Source: Polyangiales bacterium (GTDB lineage Bacteria; Myxococcota_A; Polyangia; Polyangiales; Polyangiaceae). From it: a stretch of DNA of 53,746 nucleotides. Below are positions 45,243-53,746 of this stretch, piece after piece. Under the pieces are notes generated by a model. The model was not told the DNA's origin, searched no databases, and saw only the letters and a list, made by a program, of their open reading frames with translations. Position 1 is the stretch's first letter; the number at the start of each line of letters is the position of its first letter. The stretch spans positions 1-53,746 of the forward strand of contig JBBRNJ010000063.1 in the NCBI GenBank assembly GCA_038230375.1. The letters run 5' to 3'. Position numbers and translations under genes: made by a program.

Positions 45243-47147
45243 ATGCCCACGAAGCACTCGCTCTTCCGTGTCGTTCTCGTCCTTGGCGCGGTCGCGTGCG
45301 CGACGCCGGCCACGCCTCCGAGCATTCCGCCCGCCCGGATCGAGACACCTGCGCCGGTGCCCACCCCCGTGGCCGCGCCGCTTCCTCCGCCAGTGCCGTG
45401 CGTCGCGCCGAGCAACGCGCCGCTGTCACCCGCCGTCGAGGCGCTCGTGGGCGGAGGCCATCTCACGGCGGCCGTGCATGACACCCTCGTGGCGTTGCGA
45501 AAGGATCCCCGCGACCTGGGCGCCATCCGGCTTCGCCTTGCGGAGATCAAGCGAAGCGACGGCCTTGCAACGGAGCAGCGCGCGGCAATCCCTCAGGCGC
45601 TCCGCGCGCAGCTCGCGAACGCCACGCCGCGCGACCCCAAGGCACTCATCGCGCCGAGCGCCGCGGACGATGCGCTTCTTCGCGCTGCGTTCGGAGCCAG
45701 TGCACCCACCGTGGTGCTGGAACGCGCGCCTCGCCAGCCGCCGCCTGACGCGGACTCGTTCGCATGGCAGGAAGAGCAGCAACTCAAGCATCCGTCGCTG
45801 CGCTGGCTGGGCGTGCCGCGCGAGCTCGATGACGCTCATGTCGTGGACGCTTTCGTCCACCCGGATCACACGGTGTCGACATACCGCCACCGTCTGGACC
45901 TCACCGCGATCGTGGTGACGGCGGAGGGGAAGCGCCCGCGAGCGCTGGGCCTGGGCGACCTGCGCGACAAGGACGTGTTGACAGCGCAGCTCGCGGGCCA
46001 CGTCCTTCTCGTTCACTATCGCTGGAACCCATACGCGCGGCCGAGCCGCGACGACAACTTCCTCGCCGCATACGACATTGACTCCGGTCGCGTGCTGTGG
46101 ACATCTCCAGCGTGGCCCCGCGCAGACAAGCTGACGCTAGGATTCGGCGCGCAAGGCGCAGACAACAAACCCGCCCCGCCCGGGCTGGAGGACTGGGATA
46201 TCGCGGCCGCGCGCGCCACGCCGGAGGAGCGTTGCTGGGCCACTGTGGCGGTGGCCGCGCTGACCAGGCGCGATGGCCCTGCGCTGGCGGAGGCGCTGTC
46301 GAAGCTCAAGGGCAGCGCGCCACCGATCGTGGAGCTCGTGAGTGAGCTTGCGGGAGCGAGCGCGGAGCTCATGGCGCGCGCCACCGCGAAAGAGCTTGAT
46401 TTGCCGGGTGCGCTGCTGATCCCGGTGAGGTCGTCTCCCGCGCGAGCCATGGTCTCCGCGCCCATCGGCGATGCCCCGAAGGTCGCGCGCACGCTCAAGG
46501 AGACAAGCCGCATCAAGATCGACGACCCCACGAAGATCCCGCGCGACACCTTTGACGCGCGCTACCCGTTCGAGGTGCGCGAGAAGGAGCTGCCCATGGG
46601 TGCGCGGCCCGACATTCCCATGACGTACGGCGCTCGACCGCTGAACCTCATCTCGCAGTCGGGCGACAAGACCCTGTTGATCTACGGCGACCGCTTCTTC
46701 GCTGTGGTGGACGGTCTGAAGGTTGACTACGTCCTGGACACCAACCCCGACGGCCTCCTCAAGGGCGACGACCAGTTCTTCCAGGATCTGCATCAGGGCC
46801 AGGTGGAGGACGGCGTCGTGTACATGTGCCACGGCTACAACAGCAACCTCGCGCGCAAAGGCGTGGTCAGTGCCGTCGACAGCCGGACCGGAGAGGTTCG
46901 ATGGCGAAGCGCGAACCTGGTCTGCGGTGGCGTACTTGCGCTGGTCGGCGACTACGTCATCACCGGCTACGGCGCATGGGACATGCCGTACGCGCTGAAG
47001 CTGTTGCGCAAGCACGACGGGCGCACCGTGCAGAGCATCACGCACTTCGGAGCAGCGCTGGACTTCGTTGTCAGCGGTGAGGTCGTCACCGTGCGCACGT
47101 TCGTGGACCAGATGACGTACGCGCTGTCGCCCCCGCCCCGCCCATGA
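45243..47147 (+). CDS. Lipoprotein with PQQ-type beta-propeller repeats
   Basis: AVAC lipobox, Pro-rich linker, AAYDIDSGRVLW and SAVDSRTGEVRW repeats. Confidence 0.7.
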   Translation: MPTKHSLFRVVLVLGAVACATPATPPSIPPARIETPAPVPTPVAAPLPPPVPCVAPSNAPLSPAVEALVGGGHLTAAVHDTLVALRKDPRDLGAIRLRLAEIKRSDGLATEQRAAIPQALRAQLANATPRDPKALIAPSAADDALLRAAFGASAPTVVLERAPRQPPPDADSFAWQEEQQLKHPSLRWLGVPRELDDAHVVDAFVHPDHTVSTYRHRLDLTAIVVTAEGKRPRALGLGDLRDKDVLTAQLAGHVLLVHYRWNPYARPSRDDNFLAAYDIDSGRVLWTSPAWPRADKLTLGFGAQGADNKPAPPGLEDWDIAAARATPEERCWATVAVAALTRRDGPALAEALSKLKGSAPPIVELVSELAGASAELMARATAKELDLPGALLIPVRSSPARAMVSAPIGDAPKVARTLKETSRIKIDDPTKIPRDTFDARYPFEVREKELPMGARPDIPMTYGARPLNLISQSGDKTLLIYGDRFFAVVDGLKVDYVLDTNPDGLLKGDDQFFQDLHQGQVEDGVVYMCHGYNSNLARKGVVSAVDSRTGEVRWRSANLVCGGVLALVGDYVITGYGAWDMPYALKLLRKHDGRTVQSITHFGAALDFVVSGEVVTVRTFVDQMTYALSPPPRP

Positions 47148-47167
47148 TCGCGTGATAGGCTCGGGCC

Positions 47168-50100
47168 ATGTTGGTGGGGCGAGCCCGAGAGCTCGATGGT
47201 CTCGTCCAGGTGCTGGACGGAGCAGCGAACGGGCGCGGCGGACTACGGATCGTCTTCGGCGAGCCGGGGATCGGCAAGACCCGCCTTGCGGACGAGATCG
47301 CGGAGCGCGCTGCTGCGCGTGGATTCCAGGTGGTCTGGGGGCGCGCGTGGGAGACCGGCGGTGCGCCCGCGTACTGGCCGTGGATCGAGCTCCTTGGCCC
47401 GCTGGTCGAAGAGCAGCCCGACGTACCGGCCAGCGTGACGGCGTTGGTCCAGCGCGTTGCGTCCGCGACGCGTGGAGACGGCACGCGCGCAGACCCGGCC
47501 CGAGAACGCTTCGAGCTCTTCGAGGCGGTGACAGCGTTCCTTCGCGCCGCCGCGCGCCGCGCGCCGCTGCTCCTGGTGATGGACGATCTGCATGCGGCGG
47601 ACGTGGCCTCCCTGGAGCTGCTGTCGTTCGTGGCGCGGGGTCTGCGCACGTCGCGGATGGCCATCGTGGCAACGTATCGGGATGCCGAGTCCCGGATGGA
47701 ACCAGTGGCGGAGGTGCTCGCCCGCATCGCCCGCGAGGGTGACATGTTCCCGCTCCGGCCACTCTCGGGAGAGGAGGTCGCAGAGGTGGTTCGCCACGAC
47801 GTTGGCCACTTCGACGGACCGCTGTCGGCGGCGCTCTTCGAGATGACGGAGGGCAACCCGCTCTTTCTTCACGAGATGCTGCAGGTGATCGCGGCGGACG
47901 CGCGCCATGCTCCGATGGATGCGCTGAAGAACGTGCAGGTGGCGGGTGGCGTGCTGTCGCTGGTGCGCGGTCGCCTTGCCAGCGCCGACGATGGCCTTCG
48001 CGGATTGCTGGAGGCCGCGGCCGTGACGGGTCGCGAGGTGTCGCTCTCGCTCGTCGCGGAGATCTCGGGTCTGCCCTCTGCAACGGTGCTGGCGTTTCTG
48101 GAGGACGCGAAGCGGCGGGGCCTGCTCGCCTCTCGCGGCGAGAATCGCTTCGTGTTCTCGCACGTGCTGGTGCGCGAGGCATTCTACCAGGAGCTACCAG
48201 ACGCCGCGCGGTGCGAGCTGCACGGCAAGGTAGCAAGCGCGCTGCGCCTCCGTGTGGACCGTGGTGAGGTCACGCACCTTCCCATGCTCGCGCACCATGC
48301 GCTGGCCGCGCTGCCCGTGGGCGATCCGCTTCTGGCCATTCGCACCGCGTGCGTGGCGGCGGAGCGCGCCCGCAACGAGCTCGCGTACGAGGAGGCGACG
48401 GCATTGCTGGAGCGATCGTTGGCGGTGTGCGAGCGCTTTTCCGTGCCCGATCGCGAGCGCGTCGAGATCGAGCTCGCCCTTGGCTGGGCCTCCACGGAGG
48501 CTGGGCGAACGGAGCGCGGACGCGATCTGTTCCGCGACGCTGCGCGCCGGGCACGAGGCATGGGTGACGCGCCTCTTTTCGCGCGCGCGGCGCTCGGACA
48601 GGGCGGAGAGTACGTCCTTGCCGAGATCCGCGGAGAGCTCGTGGACGTGCTCAGGGAGGCGCTGGTCATGCTCGGTGAACCCACCCATGTGGAGCATGTC
48701 CGGCTGAAGGCGCGTGTGCTGGCACGGCTTGCTGCGGCGCTCACGCCGAGCGCCACACCAGAAGAGCCGCTGGGCCTTGCGCGCCAGGCCCTTGCCATGA
48801 CCAGCGACGAGACGGATGCCCGTACCCGCATAGACGTGGACGTTGGAGTAGGTGCAGCCTACACGGATTTCGCACGGCCAGAAGAGCGCATTCCCGTGAA
48901 CGAGCGCCTGCTGCGCGATGCACGCGCCGTGGGGGATCGCGTGCTGCGCTTGCGCGCCCTCACACGGCTCTCGTGCGACCACCTGGAGCGAGGCGACGTG
49001 CAGAGCGCGGACTCGGCCATCGCGGCGCGGGCAGCCCTGTCGGACTCGCTCGGTCATCCACGCTACCTGTGGCAGACGCCGCTCCTTCGGTCCATGCGCG
49101 CGATGCCGGAAGGGCGCTTTGCTGATTGCGAAGCGGAGATCGAGGCAGCGCGCAAGATCGCGTCGGAGGTCTCCGATCCGAACGCGGAGCGCTGCATCGA
49201 GCTGCACCTGTTCACGATGCTGCTGGTCGCGGGGCGCCCAGAGGAGCTACGCGCGCAGCGACCGGCGGCGCTCCGTGTCGTGGGGTCGCTCCCGAGCGGT
49301 GACGCGCTCACCCACTGGGTCAACGCCGTGATCAGCTCGCGGCTCGGCGAGCACCGCGAGGCTGTGCGGGCGCTTGCGGCGCTGGGCACCACGAACATGC
49401 TCACGGCGCGCATGGGGCGCGTGACGCTGGCGGAGGCAGCGGTGATGTCGAACGTGCCGGAGGTGTACAACCGCCTCTATCGGACGTTCACGGACGGCGA
49501 GGAGATCGCCTCGTGGGGGCCGTTTGCGTTCGCGTGTGCCACGCCCATCGCGCGCGTGCTGGGCGCCATCGCGTTCGCTCAGGGAAATCGCGATGAGGCG
49601 GTGCGGCACTGCGAGCGTGCCATCGCCCTCACCGAGCGCATGGAGGCCAGCGCGCACGGCGCATGGGCCCATCTCACGCTAGGCGAAGGACTCTCGCGAA
49701 ACGGTTCTGGCGCGCGACCGCACCTCACCAAGGCGCGCGAGCTGGGCGAGAAGCTGCGAATGCCGGAGGTCGTCGCACGCGCCGACGCAGCGCTCGACCA
49801 GAGCGAGGCCCCGCGAAGCACGAGGGAGCCTGGAGCAGCGCGCCACGACGCGACGAAGTTCTCCATGCGACGCGAGGGCGGTGAGTGGTCCGTCGAGCAC
49901 GCCGGACACACGTTCCGACTGAAGGACGTTCGCGGTCTGGGCATGCTCGAACGCCTCGTCACCGCTCCGAACCAGGAGATCCACGCGCTGGACCTCGCGT
50001 CGGACGGGAGCGCCGATGGCAGCGCGGCGATAGACCTGGGCGACGCGGGGAGCGTGATCGACGCGCGCGCACGCGAGGCTTACAGGAAAAGGATCGCGGA

Positions 50101-50395
50101 GCTTCGTGAAGAGGTCGCGGAGGCCGAGCGCTTCGCCGACACCGGCAGGGCAGAGCAGCTTCGCTACGAGCTGGACGCACTGACCGACCAGATCGCGGCC
50201 GCCGTGGGCCTGGGCGGGCGCGAACGTCGCAGCGGCTCAGCTGCCGAGCGCGCGCGCATCGTCGTCCAGCGACGCGTGCGAGAGGCCATCAAGAAGATCG
50301 CCGACGTGGCGCCGGACCTTGGGCGGCACCTCGACTGGACGGTTCGCACCGGGACCTTCTGCGCCTACGAGCCGGACGGCCGACGCCCGCGCTGA
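47168..50395 (+). CDS. STAND-type AAA ATPase (AAA_16) with helical repeats and a conserved C-terminal putative regulatory domain
   Basis: LVGRAREL, GEPGIGKT, LLVMDDLH, TEGNPLF, FSHVLVRE; C-terminal EIHALDL..AERAR..RTGTFCAY. Confidence 0.88.
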   Translation: MLVGRARELDGLVQVLDGAANGRGGLRIVFGEPGIGKTRLADEIAERAAARGFQVVWGRAWETGGAPAYWPWIELLGPLVEEQPDVPASVTALVQRVASATRGDGTRADPARERFELFEAVTAFLRAAARRAPLLLVMDDLHAADVASLELLSFVARGLRTSRMAIVATYRDAESRMEPVAEVLARIAREGDMFPLRPLSGEEVAEVVRHDVGHFDGPLSAALFEMTEGNPLFLHEMLQVIAADARHAPMDALKNVQVAGGVLSLVRGRLASADDGLRGLLEAAAVTGREVSLSLVAEISGLPSATVLAFLEDAKRRGLLASRGENRFVFSHVLVREAFYQELPDAARCELHGKVASALRLRVDRGEVTHLPMLAHHALAALPVGDPLLAIRTACVAAERARNELAYEEATALLERSLAVCERFSVPDRERVEIELALGWASTEAGRTERGRDLFRDAARRARGMGDAPLFARAALGQGGEYVLAEIRGELVDVLREALVMLGEPTHVEHVRLKARVLARLAAALTPSATPEEPLGLARQALAMTSDETDARTRIDVDVGVGAAYTDFARPEERIPVNERLLRDARAVGDRVLRLRALTRLSCDHLERGDVQSADSAIAARAALSDSLGHPRYLWQTPLLRSMRAMPEGRFADCEAEIEAARKIASEVSDPNAERCIELHLFTMLLVAGRPEELRAQRPAALRVVGSLPSGDALTHWVNAVISSRLGEHREAVRALAALGTTNMLTARMGRVTLAEAAVMSNVPEVYNRLYRTFTDGEEIASWGPFAFACATPIARVLGAIAFAQGNRDEAVRHCERAIALTERMEASAHGAWAHLTLGEGLSRNGSGARPHLTKARELGEKLRMPEVVARADAALDQSEAPRSTREPGAARHDATKFSMRREGGEWSVEHAGHTFRLKDVRGLGMLERLVTAPNQEIHALDLASDGSADGSAAIDLGDAGSVIDARAREAYRKRIAELREEVAEAERFADTGRAEQLRYELDALTDQIAAAVGLGGRERRSGSAAERARIVVQRRVREAIKKIADVAPDLGRHLDWTVRTGTFCAYEPDGRRPR

Positions 50396-50396
50396 C

Positions 50397-51287
50397 TCAG
50401 AGGGCGCCGCGGATGGCGATGTAGACCTGCTTCGGGCCGTCGCGGCTCGAGACCAGGTAGAGGTGGCATTCGTCCGCGGAGATCCACACCGGCTCGTCGT
50501 TGTTTTGCGAGTTCACGCCCGCAACGGCGAGCTCCGCGCCGCTGAGAGGCTTGAAGTAGATGTCCGCGTTCCCGTTGCCAATGTCGACGGCGTAGTAGAG
50601 GCCAGACTTGGTCGCGAGCGCCGAGTAATTCGAGCGAGAGTCGAGGGCGAGCAAACTGAACGCCGCCGCGGCATCGTTGGCATAGGCGGCGCGCTGGAGC
50701 TGGCGGTCGAACCCGCCGCCCGTGTAGAAGGACGAATAGAGAAGGTTTCGATCCTCGTCGTAGAAGGGCTGCCCTGACTTGTCCGCGATGTGGGTCACGT
50801 GGGTGTATGGCCCGCCGGGCGAGCCGGGTCCCCGAAAGAGCCGGAACCCATCCTCGAAGAAGATGGTGGTCTCGTCGGCGGACAGGCTGGCGCTCGACGG
50901 GGTCCCGATCTGCGCGGTAGCAACCGTCATCTCGATGGCGACACCGACCGAGTCGAATCCGTTCATCTCGGCACGGAAAAACTTACCGGCGTCGTTGTCG
51001 AAGTACGCGTGAGTCTCGTTTGCCGTGAGGCGAAAGGCGCCAGAGACGAAGGGGGCCCCGCTCACCAATATCGGCGTTCCGAAAGGGTCGCTCGGTGAGC
51101 ACCGCTTGCCCGCATCGGCGACGCCACCGTCGCCCGATGGCGCTTGGCCCTCGGCGGGAACACCGCTGTCGGGTGCGGCGCTCGGAGCGGTATCGCTGCC
51201 ACTGAACGCGCTACACGCAGCCAGCGCTGCAAGGGCACCCACGCAGCTCCAGAAGACGAGTCGCGAGGCGTGGCGGCTGCCCGGCAT
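50397..51287 (-). CDS. Lipoprotein with WD40/PD40-like repeats
   Basis: LAAC lipobox; LSADETTIFF and PVWISADECHLYLVSSR. Confidence 0.7.
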   Translation of the reverse strand: MPGSRHASRLVFWSCVGALAALAACSAFSGSDTAPSAAPDSGVPAEGQAPSGDGGVADAGKRCSPSDPFGTPILVSGAPFVSGAFRLTANETHAYFDNDAGKFFRAEMNGFDSVGVAIEMTVATAQIGTPSSASLSADETTIFFEDGFRLFRGPGSPGGPYTHVTHIADKSGQPFYDEDRNLLYSSFYTGGGFDRQLQRAAYANDAAAAFSLLALDSRSNYSALATKSGLYYAVDIGNGNADIYFKPLSGAELAVAGVNSQNNDEPVWISADECHLYLVSSRDGPKQVYIAIRGAL

Positions 51288-51323
51288 CGTCGAGAGCGTA
51301 GCGAGCCCCGCATCTTTTTGGGA

Positions 51324-51342
51324 GCCGGAACAATGTTCCGGC
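51324..51342. promoter_or_regulatory. Perfect inverted repeat GCCGGAACA-A-TGTTCCGGC upstream of the methyltransferase pair
   Basis: 9-bp arms with a 1-nt centre in a divergent intergenic region; function inferred. Confidence 0.6.
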
Positions 51343-51396
51343 CGTTCGTCACGCCTCTTCATTCGAGAACAACGACTCGAAACCGGGAGAGAAGAC

Positions 51397-52455
51397 ATGG
51401 CGATCGACGAAGCAAAGCTCAATGAATTCGTGAACAAGTGCGTGGGGGACATCGGCGCCACCATGAGCTCCATCCTGGTGGTGATCGGAGATCGGCTGGG
51501 CCTCTGGAAGGCGCTCGCGAAGGAGGGACCGATGACGTCCATCGAGCTCGCGAAGCGCACCGAGACCTCGGAGCGCTACATCCGCGAGTGGGCGAACGCC
51601 CAGGCCTCTGCCGGCTACCTCACCTACGACGCGAAGACCACGCGCTTCACGCTGCCGCCCGAGCAGGCCGAGGTCCTTGCCAACGAGTCGAGCCCCGCGT
51701 TCTTCCCCGGCCTCTTCGAAGTGGCCGCTGCATGCTGGGCCGCGACTGACAAGACGACGCAGAACTTCCGTACCGGTCACGGTCTGGAGTGGGGACACCA
51801 GCACCCGTGCCTCTTCCAGGGCACCGAGCGCTTCTTCCGCTCCGGCTACATCGGCAACCTGATGCAGTCGTGGATCCCTGCGCTCGACGGCGTGCAGGCG
51901 AAGCTCGAGGCGGGCGCGAAGGTCGCGGACGTGGGCTGCGGCGTTGGCGCTTCGACCATTCTCATGGCGAAGGCGTTCCCGAAGTCGAACTTCCACGGCT
52001 TCGACTACCACCCGGGCTCGATCGAGCTCGCGAACAAGCGTGCGAAGGAAGCGGGCGTCGGCGACCGCGTGACGTTCTCCGTCGCGAAGTCCACGGACTT
52101 CCCCGGCACAGACTACGACGTGGTCGCGTGCTTCGACTGCCTGCACGACATGGAGGATCCGCGCGGAGCTGCGAAGCACATCAAGCAGACGTTGAAGAAG
52201 GATGGCACGTGGCTCATCGTGGAGCCATTCGCCAGCGACAAGCCGGAAGAGAATCACAACGGCGTCGGCCGCGTCTTCTACTCGGCGAGCACGATGCTCT
52301 GCGTTCCGCACTCGCTCGCCTTCCAGGGCCCGGGGCTCGGCGCGCAGGCTGGTGAGTCGCGCCTTCGCGAGGTGGTCGTCGGCGGCGGTGGCTTCACGCG
52401 GTTCCGCCGCGCGACCGAGACGCCGTTCAACATGGTCCTCGAGGCTCGTCCGTGA
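51397..52455 (+). CDS. Class I SAM-dependent methyltransferase with N-terminal wHTH (Rv2258c-like)
   Basis: [40 protein letters not shown]. Confidence 0.92.
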   Translation: MAIDEAKLNEFVNKCVGDIGATMSSILVVIGDRLGLWKALAKEGPMTSIELAKRTETSERYIREWANAQASAGYLTYDAKTTRFTLPPEQAEVLANESSPAFFPGLFEVAAACWAATDKTTQNFRTGHGLEWGHQHPCLFQGTERFFRSGYIGNLMQSWIPALDGVQAKLEAGAKVADVGCGVGASTILMAKAFPKSNFHGFDYHPGSIELANKRAKEAGVGDRVTFSVAKSTDFPGTDYDVVACFDCLHDMEDPRGAAKHIKQTLKKDGTWLIVEPFASDKPEENHNGVGRVFYSASTMLCVPHSLAFQGPGLGAQAGESRLREVVVGGGGFTRFRRATETPFNMVLEARP

Positions 52456-52456
52456 C

Positions 52457-53362
52457 ATGAGTGCCGCAACGATGACGACGAGCCGAGGCAACGACGGATT
52501 CATCGAGTGCTGGAACGAGATCCTGACGCCCAAGTGGCTCCGGTTCCGCCACCTGCTCTCGGGCAACGGCAAGATCCACGGCGACATCGCCTGGCCGCGC
52601 TTCGGCATCAAGCCGGGGCACAAGGTTCTCGACATCGGCTGCGGCTTCGGCGAGACGTGCCTCGACACCGCACGTCTCGTCGGCCCCACCGGGGAGGTGG
52701 TGGGGCTCGACTGCGTGGGCGCGTTCCTCGACGTCGCCAACCGCGAGCGCGACGAGGCAGGCGTTGCCAACGTGCGCTACGAGCTTGGTGACGCGCAGGA
52801 GCATCCGCTGCCCCGAGAACACTTCGACGTCGCGTGCGCGCGCTTCGGCGTGATGTTCTTCGAGAGCGCTGTGCGTGCGTTGCGTAACGCCCACACCGCG
52901 CTCAAGCCAGGCGGAACGTTGGGCCTCTGCGTGTGGCGCAGCCTTGCGGACAATCCCGCGTGGGGCGCCGCGAAGGAGGCGGTCCTCGAGTTCCTTCCGC
53001 CGCCAGCGGGCGGCAAGACCTGCGGGCCCGGTCCCTTCTCGTGGGAGGATCCCGACACGGACCGGCGCATGCTCGCGGCCGCGGGCTTCACCACCGTGGA
53101 GGTCTTCGAGCCCATCGACGCGGACATGTGCATCGGGAGCACGATCGAGGAGGCCGTGGACTTCCAGCTCCTCGTTGGACCGTCCGGCGAGATCGTCCGC
53201 GAGGCGGGCGCGGAAGGCCAGCGCCGCCTGCCGGAGATACGTGCGCGACTGGAGCGCCTCATGCGAGACCACTTGCGGGAGAGCGGAAACCAGAGCGGAA
53301 ACGAAAGCGCGAGAGGTGTGTACATGTCGTCTGGTTCCTGGGTGATCGTCGCTCGGAAGTAG
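52457..53362 (+). CDS. Class I SAM-dependent methyltransferase
   Basis: [27 protein letters not shown]. Confidence 0.92.
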   Translation: MSAATMTTSRGNDGFIECWNEILTPKWLRFRHLLSGNGKIHGDIAWPRFGIKPGHKVLDIGCGFGETCLDTARLVGPTGEVVGLDCVGAFLDVANRERDEAGVANVRYELGDAQEHPLPREHFDVACARFGVMFFESAVRALRNAHTALKPGGTLGLCVWRSLADNPAWGAAKEAVLEFLPPPAGGKTCGPGPFSWEDPDTDRRMLAAAGFTTVEVFEPIDADMCIGSTIEEAVDFQLLVGPSGEIVREAGAEGQRRLPEIRARLERLMRDHLRESGNQSGNESARGVYMSSGSWVIVARK

Positions 53363-53385
53363 GTTTCGACGTATGATGAGGGATC

Positions 53386-53746
53386 ATGCGTTTCTGGCTC
53401 TTCACGTCCGGCGTTGCTTGCACACTCGCGTTCGCCGCGTGCGGGAACGCGGGCGGAGGTGGTGCCACCGATGGAGACGCGTCCGCGCCATTGCCGGATG
53501 AGGGTGGCATCATCCCCATCGACGGCGCTGTTGCCGACGCTGCCAGCGGCGAGGGTGGCGGGACGAAAGACGGCGGAACCAGCGACCCACCGACGATCAT
53601 GATCGGCGCGAAGGATCGGTTCCTGTTGCTCGGCACGATCGTCACGCCAGACGTCGTGCTCGAAGGCGCGGTCCTGATCGAACAGAACATGATCACCTGC
53701 GTGGACACGGTGAGCGTCTGCTCGGGGAAGCCGAACGCGCCGGGCG
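53386..53746 (+). CDS. Lipoprotein, N-terminal part (possibly amidohydrolase family), truncated by the window end
   Basis: MRFWLF..FAAC lipobox, Gly/Asp linker, LLLGTIVTPD..EGAVLIEQNMITCV resembling an amidohydrolase N-terminal beta-sandwich. Confidence 0.6.
   Translation, partial: MRFWLFTSGVACTLAFAACGNAGGGGATDGDASAPLPDEGGIIPIDGAVADAASGEGGGTKDGGTSDPPTIMIGAKDRFLLLGTIVTPDVVLEGAVLIEQNMITCVDTVSVCSGKPNAPG

Noticed and set aside
53279..53310. Short 12-bp duplication ([10 protein letters not shown]) near the methyltransferase C-terminus
   Set aside because: Only two to three degenerate in-frame units in a probable loop, with no evidence of function.

Overview
GC-rich, gene-dense chromosomal window. 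Gene content (many Cys-lipoproteins, RCC1 and IgGFc-binding repeat proteins, a Ser/Thr kinase with TPRs, a STAND ATPase) suggests a myxobacterium, probably Polyangiaceae/Labilithrix-like; this is inference, not a database result. About 45 CDS are supported. I saw no rRNA, tRNA, CRISPR array or transposase. Family calls come from motifs recognised by eye. Most notable: (1) a circularly permuted ATP-grasp / alpha-E / transglutaminase peptide-ligation locus with no Anbu peptidase gene, whose transglutaminase is fused to a class-II glutamine-amidotransferase domain lacking its catalytic Cys1 and oxyanion Asn; (2) a DUF3102/ParB-HTH-like gene followed by three GTCCAG-N3-CTGGAC palindromes at exact 21-bp spacing; (3) a YqiJ-flotillin-small channel (non-canonical SVGYAD filter)-PAS kinase cluster; (4) same-strand (GACCTC)n microsatellites, both intergenic and encoding Thr/Ser linkers; (5) a GntR-linked RoxA/MauG-like diheme protein; (6) a SUKH/Imm5-like fusion protein; (7) a frameshifted alpha/beta hydrolase; (8) several clear operator palindromes.
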